Assembly: GCA_964016885.1 (NCBI GenBank)
Contig: OZ024746.1
Coordinates: 4,836,001 to 4,900,000, forward strand
From: Eledone cirrhosa
Lineage: Eukaryota
Length of the DNA stretch: 64,000 bases
Reading direction: 5' to 3'
Part shown: positions 1 to 12,899 of the stretch, piece by piece
How the letters are laid out: each line of letters opens with the position of its first letter
Position numbering within the stretch: position 1 is the stretch's first letter
Made by a program: the position numbers and the translations under genes
The notes under the pieces: model-generated
The model's database searches: none
What the model saw: the letters and a program-made list of their open reading frames with translations, nothing else
What the model was told of the DNA's origin: nothing

Positions 1-158
1 ATTGACCAATTCTTAGAAACACTAGTGAAAAAAAGAATGAAAATCAAGAGACCAATTAATTTATAAATTAGTAAACTACCACAATGATTATGGGGGAATA
101 GTGTGAGTGTATGTGTGTAGGTGTTTGTGTATGTGTGTATGCATGTATATATATGAAG

Positions 159-293
159 ATGGATGGCTTAGTGGTTAGAGCGGCTTGCAATCGAAAGGTT
201 GTGTGTTCAATTCTCAGACCGGGTGATGTGTTGTTTCCTTGAGCAAGACACTTTATTTCACATTGCTCCAGTTTACTTAGCTGTAGAAATGAG
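159..293 (+). mobile_element. tRNA-derived SINE with CORE-like central domain (degenerate)
   Basis: A box TGGCTTAGTGG, B-box-like GTGTTCAATTC, then TCCTTGAGCAAGACACTTTATTTCACATTGCTCCAG (CORE-like). Related copies at ~27755-27897(-), 28230-28330(-), 42800-42930(+), 48115-48230(-). Confidence 0.75.
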
Positions 294-317
294 ATGATAG
301 GACTGGGGTCCCTATCA

Positions 318-598
318 TTCCACTGCAAAGTGGTTGTGGAGGTGCCACGGAAAAAAAGCACCCAGCACTCACTGTAAAGTGGGCGTGTAGGCGCCACAGA
401 AAAAAAGCACCCAGCACTCACTGTAAAAGGAGGTTGGTGTTAGGAAGGGCATCCAGCTGTAGAAATCAAGCCAGAATCAGTTCTTGTATGAGCAAGACAG
501 GGTCAGCCGTCTGGACACTACTCACAACAGGACAACCCGTCTAACCCATGCTAGCGTGGAAGGTCGGACGTAAAACGGTGATGATGATGATGATGATG
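318..598 (+). mobile_element. RTE-tailed non-autonomous retroelement/SINE (abundant family)
   Basis: Internal AAAAAGCACCCAGC..CACTGTAAAGTGG repeats, GGTTGGTGTTAGGAAGGGCATCCAGCTGTAGAAA block, 3' tail AACCCATGCTAGCGTGGAA..CGGACGTAAAA(TGA)n resembling the 3' end of the RTE at 29845-31070. Other copies near 13905, 14435, 18285, 22600, 26140, 26645, 29500, 32760, 38600, 40505, 54985, 62340, 63640. Confidence 0.8.
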
Positions 599-1122
599 AC
601 ACATATTGATATGGAAGTATATCTTAAAGAAAAATTCTTGGTGATTTATGTAGACTTTATACAAGAAAATGTGTAAAAGTGTATTACAGTGGCTTCTTGT
701 ACATTTAATTAGTCTGAGTAAGAGAAAAAGGAGGTGTTTAACGGACAACTCCAAGGAGCTGTTGATTGCCATTGAAATTCTATTTCAAGAGATATAGGAA
801 CCATTTGAAGTAGTTCTCTCGTTTAATGAGGTCTTTGGATCAACTGACTCCATCCCACTAAAGTTTAACTCAGAATAAATGATACACTAAACAAGCAGTC
901 ACTCTCAACCTCACACATCTTAAAGTTAACATTAGAACATACCAAAAGGAACTAAATTGTTCATATGATTTCAGAACATTTTGAAAGCTTTTCAAGAGAA
1001 ACAGGAGAATGTCATTCATTACTAATGACAAAAGCATAATTGCTAATCTATTTTGTCAGTTGATAGTTGCACTGCCATTCAATAAACCAAATGAATCTCC
1101 AACGGAAACTATATATATGATT

Positions 1123-1401
1123 TTAACCCTTTCATGGCCACATTTTTAATAAAATACAGTCAATTTTAATTAATTAATCAAGAATTTCAAAGGATTTACT
1201 AAAATTATTAATTATTTCATTACTAAGATAGTAACTTAATGTAAGGTTCTTATATAAAATTATGTTGGAAGATTTAAATTTAAATTGGAAACCTTTAAAA
1301 TGGATGGTTTTATTTCATAGAACCAGAGTTGGTTTTAGCTGGGTGGTTTTATTTCATAGAACCAGAGCTGGTTTTGACTGGGCTGGTAACTAAAGAGTTA
1401 A
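1123..1401. mobile_element. piggyBac-like MITE family A (~240-280 bp)
   Basis: TTAA|CCCTTT ... AAAG(A/G)G|TTAA termini; shared interior (AATTATGTTGGAAGATTT, TTTCATAGAACCAGAG). Further full or partial copies at ~1942, 3350, 5823-6062, 20294-20710, 24940, 39830-40054, 42100-42320, 47220-47392, 53757-53979, 54615-54774. Confidence 0.75.
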
Positions 1402-3689
1402 ATGAATCAGATTTAAAATTTTGTTTGTTTTCGGGAGGGGGGTGAGGTTTAACATAGTCAACCTCCAAAAACCCAGAATAAATTTATTGTTGATATAATT
1501 ATAAATTGGTCAAACATATAGAAAAAGAAAGCAGCATTGGAAAGAAATATAAAGGCCTGAAAATGGTTTTATATTACAGCTAGTTATTGTTATTTAGTCC
1601 TAAGTCAATTCTGGTTGAGTAAACTCATGATCAAAAGACATTCCAGCCATAACCATTCTTTTATTCGGACAATTATAACTAACATGTCCTCCTTTTTACC
1701 TCTTAACATCCTATACAACATGAAACCATATTAGCAAGATATTCTTGAAAAGTACAAAACAGTAATACTATGTTTATATCATATTAAAAATTAAAGCCTT
1801 TAGTTTATAATTTACTGTAAATGTTCACAATGATCTGTCCACTTCTAAATATACTATAAACATTTGAAGAAAAAAAAACATCTTCAGATATTTTTTGCTA
1901 AATCATTAAAGGATGTAAGAATTAAAGACAGTAAGTTGTAATTTAACCCTTTAGTTACCAATACAGCCCAAACATTGGCTCTGGTTCTAAGAAAATTTTA
2001 GTAAACCCATCAAAATTCTTCATTAATTAATTAAAATAGAGTGTATTTAATTAGAAATACAGTCATGAAAGGATTAAGGAAGATTTGGCAGCTATCTTTA
2101 GAAAGTTTATAATAATAATAATGAAATTATTGTGTACATTGCTCAGGTGCACTACAACTTAAAGGTGCATGTATAGTACATAGAATAATAATTAGTTAAC
2201 TAAATTGAAAGGACTGTTGTAGTAACCCTTTGTCTATATGGGTACAAACATGGCTTTGTAACAGAAGTTGACTTCACAATCTCATGGTTCTGGATTCACA
2301 CACACACATGTATGGATGTATTTGTATATCTTTTGCCAATGTATATCAGCAAAGGATGTAAACACATGTATGAAAAAAAAAAAACATTCTTTAAATGAAA
2401 TCTCTTGTGATATTTGTTCTGCAGTGAGTGGCATCCACCCTCAGAAATAGCAGTTGTACTCCCTTATCCCTTTTACTATCAGAAATAGCAGTGGTTAACT
2501 TGTTGGAAACCTGTAACGAATGATGCTATTTATTCATCAATGGCAACAAAAACAAAAAGGAAATTAAGTAATCAATTTTACAGACAATTCTCCAACTAAA
2601 ATAGACATATAATTAAAATTGTTCATTTAACAATAGCTAATTGTTAATTTAAGATTTTGGCTGTAAAAAAATACTAACATGTGCAAACAAACCTAGTATG
2701 TTTCTGATGTAGTATTTGCCCTAACACCTTGCTGTCTCTCTCAGAGAAAGTAAATTATGAGTGGAGTGACCTTTAGAAAAAACACTATAACCTTCTCATC
2801 TAACACTTTTGCTTGTCTAAAACACTATAGGATTTGGTCTAATTATGCTTCATTTCCTGTTATGAATGACTATGTTGACAGTGTCAAGCTTCAATATAAG
2901 GGAAGGACTATGTTACAATCAGTGACAATAGACAAACAAAAGTAACAACTTCCTCAAACAAGTAGCAACAATCATGTATACTATATAGCAATATATTTGA
3001 ACAGTTACTCAAGTTTCTACACACAGTATACTAATCATAGAATTAATAAGCTTACAATTCAATGGAGGCGGAATTCCCCCAATCACCTGTTTCCTTCCAA
3101 GAGCAACAATGAAAAAGAATATCAACTAAAATAGGCAGAGTTCCTCTAAATGTAAATAAATAAATCTTTCGTTGAAACCAAATCTCTGAGTAGTTACTCT
3201 TGAAAGAAAAGAGCAGCTTGGTGAATATAAATATTACAGTCAAATAAATAATTCATATATTTATATATAAGCCAGTCAGTTCTGTGTGAGGAAAACATGG
3301 TCCCCCCCCCCCCCACTTGGTTGTCTCACAACAGGACAACTAATTCCCATTTAACCCTTTTAGTTTTTTTTAATACCAGCCTCTTTAAAAATGCCTCTGG
3401 TGTTATGAAAAAAAACTACCCACTTTAAAGGGTTCCTGTTTAAATTAAAATCTTCCATCATAATCTAATATATAAACCTTTTTATATGTTATTTTACAAA
3501 TATCATTTTAATAATTTTAGTAAACCTCTCCAACTTCTTAATTCAAATATTTCAGTTATAAATATAGCCATGAAAAGGTTAACATTCTACAGGATGGTGG
3601 TGGCTTTTCACATCAAACACAATACACAAGTGGATGGTAAAAACCTCTCATCATAAAATCATGAACCTCTAACAGTAAATGACTTCCTG

Positions 3690-3804
3690 CAAGGTGGTAT
3701 TCAGCTTTACCACTAACAACATACCTACAAGGTGGTATTCAGCTTTACCACAAACAACATACCTACAAGGTGGTATTCAGCTTTATCACAAACAACATAC
3801 CCAC
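3690..3804. repeat. 38-bp tandem repeat, 3 copies
   Basis: CAAGGTGGTATTCAGCTTTA(C/T)CAC(T/A)AACAACATACC.. starts at 3690, 3728 and 3766. Confidence 0.9.
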
Positions 3805-4739
3805 ACATTTTCTTCTATTTTTTTTTACTTGTGAGACAAACCCAGCTACCTTTATAATAGAATATGCCCCTGGAAGATTCTAATAATAAAACAGCAAAAG
3901 AGAACAACCATTGACAATGTATGTTAAATCCTATAATTCTTCAATTTAATGTTTTTAATCAGTATTGTTTATATTTCTATCTGTTTCTCTACTAACAGCA
4001 TAAAGGTGTAACACTGTTACATACCAAACAATTAGCAATTAGAGAACAGATTTAAGTTAACATCCTTTCAAGTTAGATGAAAATAATACCAATCTAGTAC
4101 TGGGATCAGTCCTCTCTCCCTCTCTCTCTATCTATCTATCTATCTCTGTTCAGACCAGCCAGGTTTAAAATGCCCAAGACTATGTCATTATGGTGCACCT
4201 GTTACTCTGTAAGGAGTTACAAGTCTATACATTCATATTATCACACCCAGTCTGTCCTCCTCCTCCTCCTTCCTTACAACCAATAAAATATAAACTGCAA
4301 TATTACTTTGCCTTTCATCCTTACGGGGTCGATAAAATAAAGTACCAGTAATGCACTGGGTAATTGCTGGCCTTGTGCCTAAAGTAGAAACAATTATAAT
4401 CAGCTAAATGACTACAAAGTGTCTTGTCACATATATGTCAAGAGAATTTCCTGTGAATATTGACTAACTTTCATAGTATCATATAAACACCTTCAGATAT
4501 TAACATCTACTTCAACATCTTCATCATCCTACATCTCTTAAAGATGACAATATTGTAAAACCAAGTCATCTTATCAAAAGACCCAGTCACCAGCAATAAC
4601 AGCCCCCCCCCCCCCCCCTCATAGTAATAGATCCTGTTGAAGAGCCACCCAACTACCCACTCCACCTGTTTTCAGTGTATTCCAATTTGACATAAAATTT
4701 TCCTTTTAAGGTGGAGTGGGGTTGGAGACTGTATTGCAA

Positions 4740-4740
<1 letters not shown>

Positions 4741-4835
<95 letters not shown>
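4741..4835. repeat. (TG)n microsatellite
   Basis: Long perfect TG run. Confidence 0.98.
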
Positions 4836-4837
<2 letters not shown>

Positions 4838-6220
4838 ATTGTTGTCCTTAAGCCTTGGTGCTGGGGGTGATTATGCCTGAGCTGGGTAGTGGGGTGAGCT
4901 CCTGCTGGCCTACAAAATGGCTCAAAGAGGTCAAATATCATCTCTGCCAACCAAACTCCCTCCCATGCATCCTTGTCATGGCACTGGTTCCACCAAATTG
5001 GGTTGGGTGTGAAAGTGAGAGCTTGGCGCTATAACTGAGATAATGCTTGGATTGCACTATCCTAAAATGGCTATACTTGTGGCTTGTGAAACGAATAACC
5101 CAAAGAAACTCCATTGAAATGAACTTACACCGTGAATTCCTTCGATGAAGCCAGCTCAACTCACCCCAGGTGAATGCCACCACAATTACAAGGTCAGCCC
5201 TCTTTGAACAAGCCAGTGATCAAATATGTTTAGCCATGATCATTCAAAGCATTTTTTTATCAGGCATGGTATATCTGGGATTACATTATGGAATGTGCTC
5301 TTCCTTTATTAACATTACAGTTGTCTTAAAATCTTTTTTAAGATTTTAGTGAAATTTGACTATTATTTCTAATAGTTTATGTGATCAAAAATATCTATGA
5401 ATATTGATGTATATATATTATGTAAGATATATTTATTCCAGACAATTCAGGCATGTTATCTAGATATAAAGTAGCTCAGCTTTTGGAACTCTCAAGAATT
5501 GGCCGTCAACTTAAATGAAACTATATTTTGAACAGACAGACATTTGATATAATGGCCAATCTTTTTTGGCTTTCATTATTCCAAAATAGAAAGGTTAGTT
5601 TAATTAATGTAATGACATTTCAGCACATACTGTAGAGAAATACTGGCTAATAGTGGTTAATTATACAACCAACAAGAGATGCTGAGTCAGTTAGCAACAC
5701 TGCAAATAGGCCATATTGAACAGAGAGAGCATCGATGTGATTTTTCAAACTGCCCTTCTTAACTCTTTTGTTACCAATCCAGCCAAAACCAGCTCTGGTT
5801 CTATGAAATAAAATCCCCTATTTTAACCCTTTAGTTATCAACCGGACCAAAACCAGTTCTGGTTCTATTAAATAAAGTCACCCATTTCAAAGGTTTCCAA
5901 TTTATATTAAAATTTTCAAACATAATTTTATATAAGAACCTTACATTAAATTACTTTCTTAGTTATAAAATAATTGATAATTTTAATAAATCCCTCAAAA
6001 TTCTTCATTAATTAATCGAAATAGAGTGTATTTCATTAGAAATGTGGCCATAAAAGGGTTAAATAAGCAAAAGTAATATTAGATAAAGAAATTCTAGATA
6101 TTTCTACAAAGACAGAATGATGAAGACTAAAAGACATTTGAACAGAGATCTGCTCAATCAGTGTTGTTGTCAAGCTAAAAACATTATCATCATACTAAGA
6201 CAAACTGTATATATTTATTA

Positions 6221-6844
6221 CTAGCAGTGGTACCTTGCACGGATAAGGTATTTTGGAACGCGGGCCGCCAACAGACCTAATCGTGGAAAAACTGCATGCC
6301 TGGATAATATGTAAAGAAAATAAACCGAATACTCTGATGGTTGGATAATCTTTAAGGTTTTCCTCGATGAAGCAGGAAAAATGCAGGTTTTCACCTAATG
6401 CGGGCCCTAGGGGATCAAGAAAATGAATTTTTTTATGTGCATAATATGTCTTGAAATTTCAGGAAAATTGGCTAGACGTAATGCCTCAAAAAAGCCCTAA
6501 AAAGCTGAAAAAATGAAGTTTTTCACCTAATGTGGGCCCTAGGCCATAAAAAAGTTGGATTTTCTTTGCTCACGGTATGAAGAAGAGACTGACTAATACA
6601 TAGTTACAATTTCAAGGAAATCCGTCTGACGTAACGCCTCAAAAAAACCCTAAAAAGCTGAAAAAAAAACGCAGTTTTTCACCTAATGCGAAAAAAGTTG
6701 AATTTTTTAGGTGCATAACATTCCCTGAAACAAAAGCAATACACATGTAAAGTTTGAAAAAAATCGGTTGGGTACTTCTCGAGTTTTGGGGATTCAAACT
6801 CACAGACACACACACACAGACATCCTCAGTTTTATATATATAGA
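6221..6844 (-). mobile_element. Non-autonomous Helitron
   Basis: The minus strand begins A|TCTATATATATAAAACTGAGG with a (TG)n subterminal tract and ends ...CCGTGCAAGGTACCACTG CTAG|T: 5'-TC and 3'-CTAG termini inserted between A and T with no TSD. Internal diverged repeats (TTTTCACCTAATG.G; GACGTAA.GCCTCAAAAAA). The 3' hairpin is eroded. Confidence 0.8.
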
Positions 6845-7869
6845 TTAGCACAGATTAAAAGTGTAAGCAAACTAATTCTGCTTTCATAGCCATGTGTTAA
6901 GAAGTTCACTTTAAAACTGCATGGTTAGATTTTCAATCCAACTGTGAGGCACCATGAATATGTCAACTATATTTTACAAAAAGAAGTTATACAATGATGG
7001 AAATATGAAAAAAAAAAAAGGTAAAAAGAAAATTAAGTAATAAAAAAAAGGATAAAGAAGGGCACATATGGCTGTAGAGGAAAGTAGAGGAAAAGGCTAT
7101 AAGTGAAAGGAAAAGGATGGAAAAATCAAGGACTATTAGGCCATGAAAGAGAGGGGGAGGGCAGAGGGTGACAGGCTTTATGCCAAAGGCTGGGTGCTGT
7201 TTCGTCTGTATTTATCAAATAATTGACATGTTTAAATTTTTCTATAATGTTTATAAATATTAAAGATAATGTGATGTAAGTGAAAACTATAATATTAGCA
7301 CTAGCTCAATATATGTCTGATACTAACTCATGTCCTGTACTGCGTGAAACCACATTTACAAGACATTCTTGAAAACTACAAAACAGCATCACATTAAAAA
7401 TTAAAGTCTTGTTTACTGAAAATGTTCACAGCAATCTGTTCACTAGTAAAAATACTACAAACATTTGAATTAACAAATTCATTTTAAAGTATTTTTACTA
7501 ATCATTACAGAATGTTAAGAAACAATCCAGTAGTGTTTTTAACTACTTCAGTTGGTTCACTAGACCAATAATTTATTGCATTTTCCAACATTACTCAATC
7601 ATCATTATCATCGTCCTGATTATTTCTACATCCATTTTGCCATGCTTGCATGGGTTGGACAGGTCTTTTTCAGCACAGCATCTCTCCACTTGCCACGTTC
7701 CTTCATCATCTCCTCTGTGGGTCTCAGAGATTTGAGGTCAGCACCTCTGCCCAGGTCTTTCTCAATCTACCACTACTGTGACTTACATCAATGTCTCACT
7801 AATATTTTTATATAGCAAACTACTTACTAAAAGTCCATCAAGCAAGGAAATAAGGCCAGAAATTATACT

Positions 7870-8095
7870 TAATAATGATAATGAAAATATTATGTACAGT
7901 GCTCAGGTGCACTACAACTCATCAAAAGTGTATGGGAACATCAGGTGTAGTTTTGGCAAATTTCGGGAAGCATGAGGGTTTTAAAGGATGCAGTGTCTCG
8001 GCAGCTAACAACTGACGCAGGCAGTTTGTTCCATGCTTCAGCAACTCTAAGCGTGAAAAAATGTTTCCGAAAGTCATGGGAGCTGTGCTGTTTTC
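7870..8095 (-). mobile_element. CR1/L2-type LINE 3' fragment
   Basis: Same sequence family as 52092-53090 (C-terminal HDFRKHFFTLRVAEAWNKLP motif; 3' UTR GAGTTGTAGTGCACCTGAGCACTGTAC..(ATT)n). Tail-only copies at ~2108-2185 and 34582-34640. Confidence 0.8.
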
Positions 8096-8848
8096 TACAT
8101 TAGAGAAACAATCAGAACTGTCTCACATGCTTGCTCAAAAAATAATGTTAACTCATCGCAAATACTTTTTTCCTGATCAATTAATTCTACTGTGGTTATT
8201 TCTAATGTTGAAACATTAAAAATAATTAAACCCACATTTAAATATTTAATTACCATAAAGCCCTTAGAATTATAAAGTGAAAAAATATTAAAATTCTGTT
8301 AAGTCCTTCTGAAAATGTTTAGCAAATTAATTAAAGACAAAGCTTTAATAGAAATAATAAAGATTCCATTTGTGGTTTGACAGCTGAAATGACAGAATAT
8401 TGTGTCAAGAGGAAAAGCAGACAAAAAATTGTAGGCGTGTGATTTGTTGTTGATTGTTGTTATTATTTTTAGCTAACATTCACCTACACAGACATGAAAC
8501 CAGTTTTCTTTGTATACATTACACCACACGCAACTCTATGATAGAATGTAGAGTAACAATTAGTTCCAGACTAGACCGAAGGAAGGTAGAATGAGAATAG
8601 TGATTTCAAAGTGAGCACATCTCATTTAAACAAAACTTTAACTAATTTAATTTAATCATCCAACATTAATGTAGCTTCAAGGAAAAATGTGTGACCACAA
8701 GATCAGAGACCAATCTTGGAAGAAATGGCTTAATGTGGTCAATGGAATCCTGACATCACATGGCATTACTCTTAAGACAGGCCTTCCAACTGATCACAGA
8801 ATGATGACTATTCTTGCAATGTCTCCAAGAGTACAAATGGATAGATAT

Positions 8849-8897
<49 letters not shown>

Positions 8898-9986
8898 AAA
8901 TAGATCAAAGGCCATATGCTACCACTTAAAATAAAATTTCCCCAGAGATAGATCAGTAAAATTTAATAAGTGGGGGAAGAAGGTGGAAAAATCCCTAAAA
9001 TTAATAAGCAGGGGGAAGGGGCAATTATTTGAGACCCAAGAGTACACAAATTCATATAAGCCTTTTGATACTAAACTGACCCTGGTTTTATAATTAGAAA
9101 GCTATTAATTTTGAAGTGTTAATATTTATCTAAAAACATTCCATTGTAATTTTATGTAATAACCTTACTTCTGTTAAGTTTGAGAGGTAGCTTCTTTCAT
9201 TAGAAATTGGTAACAAAAGGGTTAAATATGTCTTTTTGTGTCTCTCACTGTTCTCATTTTGAAATCATTAAAATCTTACTGTAAAGTATCAACTGCCCAC
9301 ATCAAAATGAGATGTGCTATCTTACTGTAAAGTATCAACTGCCCACATCAAAATGAGATGTGCTATCTTAGAATTACAACTACTGTAGTTACTTTTGTAG
9401 GTGGACTGACCACATAGACACTCCTTCATCTTTTATGAAATAGGTTTCATGATGATGATGATGAATCGACTTCCTAATTTATTGCAGCAAAAGCTTTGTT
9501 TCCTTTCCTCTATTTTCTTTTAGAGTAAGTTGTTTCTAACAGTCAAATGTGAAAATATTTTCTTGCCCAGCCCCCTTAGAGTGTAAGAGGTTATTTCAAC
9601 TTAGGTGGAACCTGAACTCAGTGCAAAGAGATGGACCAAATGCTATAAAGCAGTCTATCTAAAGTTTTAACAACTCTGCCAATTCCGCACCTTAAGACAT
9701 GATAGGTGACATCCATGTGACATCCATGTTTCTCTAGAGGCTATTTAGAGACATATGTAAATTGATACCAACTTAAGACACAGATGAACACATAAATTGT
9801 ATAACATGTGGGTCACTTTTGTTAATTGCTCTGCCGGGTATTCTATGCAATCTAAATACTTTCATCTACTTAAAAATGATAAATGTTCTAAAATTAAGCT
9901 CCTCCTCCTCCTCCTCATAGGCAGAGGTTGTGACCTAGGTGCAGTCTCAAACTATAACCATTTTCACTTCTGCATTATTAACACCT

Positions 9987-10216
9987 TTAACCCTTTAGCA
10001 TTTAAACCAGCCGGATATGGCCACAATTCTGTCACCTCTTTCTATTCAAACTGGCTGTAACTGGCTGCTCATACTGATGTTAAGGTATTGTTCTCAAAAT
10101 AAATAACATCAAAAATCTCATAGATTCGATATTATGTGAGATAATTATGTAAGATAAAGCCTTTACAGTAAAAATAGTACATTATATATAGAGTAAAGTA
10201 AATGGTGAAGGGTTAA
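9987..10216. mobile_element. piggyBac-like MITE family B (~230 bp)
   Basis: Consensus TIR CCCTTTAGCATT / AATGCTAAAGGG flanked by TTAA (right TIR decayed in this copy). Similar copies at 18718-18933, 26913-27141 (reverse), 47495-47726, 61647-61873. Confidence 0.85.
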
Positions 10217-10827
10217 GCAAGGTATGAATATCACACAGCGTCATCTAGTTATCCTTTCTCAACCAATGGAAACCATTGAAGAAGAAGGAAGGAGGGATAG
10301 AAAATTGTCAAGATTCCGGAGCTGAAAAATTTTAAACAAACACTGACTATAAAAATAAATAATAGAATTCAAGTAGTTATAGAATAACAGATGAAAGAGT
10401 GAGAAGTAAGAAAAGTCTAATTGTAGGTTGTATTTGTTGAAGGAATAATTAGATAACATGTAAAACTGGAAACAAATAATTAAAAGTTAATTAAGCAGAA
10501 AGAATTAGCTGAAGGGATGGCATGAGAACTTTTGACACCAATAATATTAAATAATGGACTATTATTATATGGTGGTGGTTGTTTAGTTAAAGGTTAGATA
10601 TGTATGATTGAAGACATTCTAGCTATATAGATTTGTTTCAACTTCAAGATGTTATATGAACAAAATTTAAAGAGGTTAGCTTAAGCCACCATAATTTAGC
10701 AGAGTGAAATAAAGAGGCTGTATGATGATCAAAAGAGGCAAGTGAAAAAGATGTAAAGCTTTATCATTTGATCTGTTGCCAGTAAGACCAAGTAATATAA
10801 CATTGATGAGCTAGAGTTGCCACTGAT

Positions 10828-11133
10828 ATATTTGTAGCAAATTACTTGCCTATTCACGCGTGATTTGGCTAAGTCAGGCCAATCGCGAGTTGTGCACGAA
10901 TATATATTATCAACTTCCGCCCAAACAAAGATGTTCCCGCTTCTTTCGTATATACTCTCTCTTGCTGCTTGGTCGTTGAAAAGAAAGGGCATTATTATGT
11001 GACGGTGAGATCTTTACTTTGGGCGGAAGTTGATAATATATATATTCGTGCACAGCTCATGATTGGCTTGACTTAGCCAAATCACGCACGAATAGTTTAT
11101 AAATATGCCAAAGGCAAGTAGCTTGCTACATAT
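10828..11133. mobile_element. Fold-back / long-TIR MITE
   Basis: ~100-bp imperfect inverted arms (TGTAGCAA.TTACTTGCC..TGATTTGGCTAAGTCA.GCCAATC..GTGCACGAATATATATTATCAACTTCCGCCCAAA and its reverse complement) around a ~70-bp spacer. Confidence 0.8.
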
Positions 11134-11176
11134 TCATATATGTACAGACTCTATATCTTTCCTCTTAAATCGTTCT

Positions 11177-11570
11177 AAGGTCTAGTAAGTATAAATAAAA
11201 CTATGATCTGGTAAGTATGATTAAAACTAAGGTCTGGTAAGTGTGATTAAGACTAAGGTCTGGTAAGTGTGATTAAAACTAAGGTCTAGTAAGTGTGATT
11301 AAGACTAAGGTCTGGTAAGTGTGATTAAGACTAAGGTCTGGTATGTGTGATTAAGACTAAGGTCTGGTAAGTGTGATTAAGACTATGGCCTGGTAAGTGT
11401 GATTAAGACTATGGTCTGGTAAGTATGACTAAGACTAAGGTCTGGTAAATATGACCAAGGTCTAGTAAGTATGATTAAGACTATGGTCTGGTAAGTATGA
11501 CTAAGACTAAGGTCTGGTAAATATGACCAAGGTCTAGTAAGTATGATTAAGACTATGGTCTGGTCAGTAT
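11177..11570. repeat. 26-bp minisatellite, ~15 copies
   Basis: Unit AAGGTCTGGTAAGTGTGATTAAGACT with variants. Confidence 0.9.
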
Positions 11571-12370
11571 AAATAAGATATGTTTCACAGAAACTTGTCC
11601 AATGTTGTCAAAAATAAAATCATTCCTTGCTACATGTCCACATTCAATTTTAAATCAATTTGAATTTCGTTGTTGTCTACCATAATTTACTTAACAAGAA
11701 TTATAATTAACACAAATGATTTTTATTTTCATTATGGGTGTAATTTTGATTGATTGAAGATTTTGGAAATTGTCTACGTTAAGATGTTAGCCACCACCCC
11801 AAACACACAAACACACTGTTGAAATAGCTTCCCACATATACTTAAACATACCTCATTCACAATAATATAACACAGTTACACACACACACACAACTAACAC
11901 ATCGACAAATGAATTAATATATCACAACACTTCAGTAATGAGTATAATTATCTTACCATTAAAGGATATAATTAAGATTTGCTAAGCAGTGTAGGAAAGC
12001 AAAGTGAGCAATAATAGTTAGGAGTGGTTGACTCATGTCATCATATTCTCATATCAACCATTACAAAGAAAAAAAAGTTATGAGCAACAAACCATTTAAT
12101 CATCTTTGTCATCCAGTATGTTAACTATGTCCATACATAGCTGCTATACACTTATCTCAACTCCATCTCTATGTACCATACCAAATATTAATTCTAACAA
12201 TTACACAATTTTCCTCTTCTAAAAATGACTGCTCTTTACCAAAACTAACTAAAAAATTGCTTGACTTGATAGAAATAGAAACCAAATCTCCCTCAAACCA
12301 CACCCTATCATCTTTAACCCTTTTGTTACCAGATTTCTCATGAAAAACATTGCCTATAAAATGTTCAAAT

Positions 12371-12899
12371 AAAAATTAGGTAGTAACATGTGCTTACGGC
12401 ATATTTGACTACATAGAATTAGTTTGTTAGTTGGGATTTTAAAAAACCCTCTGAATGGAAAAAAGGATGAGTGAATATTGACGTACATGGGGGTATGAAC
12501 CCACATCTTTGGGACCAATGTGTTACCATTACACCAACACAACACCCATGCTTCCTTCCATTCAATTAGAAGCTATATAACCATTTTGTAAAGAAAGCCT
12601 GCTTTGTGTCTCCCTATATACAAATATATACCTGTTAAGGTAACATAGCTTCTAATTGAATGGAAGGAACATGGGTGATATGTTGGTGTAATGGTAACAC
12701 ATTGGTCCAGCAAACCAAAGATGTGGGTTCGTGTCCCATGTATGTCAATACCCATCCTTTTTTTCCATTCAGAGGGTTTTTTTAAATCCCAACTAACAGA
12801 CTAATTCTATTTAGTCAAATACGTTGTAATCACATGTTACTACCTAATTTTCAAATTCGCTAGCTGTTTGTAAACAAAGACTGCTTTGTGTCTCCCTAT
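12371..12899. mobile_element. Inverted pair of a tRNA-like-unit-containing MITE-like element
   Basis: Arms ~12371-12576 and ~12645-12852 are imperfect reverse complements. The terminal-like block TTTGTAAA.AAAG.CTGCTTTGTGTCTCCCTA occurs at ~12586-12616 and ~12867-12898. Confidence 0.75.
12677..12747 (+). pseudogene. tRNA-like cloverleaf (71 nt; anticodon loop CCAGCAA, nominal AGC) with downstream T7 run
   Basis: GATATGT-TG-GTGT AATGGTA ACAC-A-TTGGT CCAGCAA ACCAA-AGAT-GTGGG TTCGTGT CCCAT-GTATGTC-A. All four stems pair (several G-U); it lacks U33 and A58. TTTTTTT at 12758-12764. Confidence 0.6.

Noticed and set aside
4840-5190. GC-richer stretch with ORFs 4672-4950 and 4938-5183
   Set aside because: No recognisable protein motif or consistent exon boundaries; one ORF is inflated by the (TG)n run. 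Possibly an old TE remnant.
11955-12040. Alternative signal-peptide exon (MSQPLLTIIAHFAFLHCLA..) before a minus-strand GTAAGA donor
   Set aside because: An in-frame TAA occurs just before the donor.
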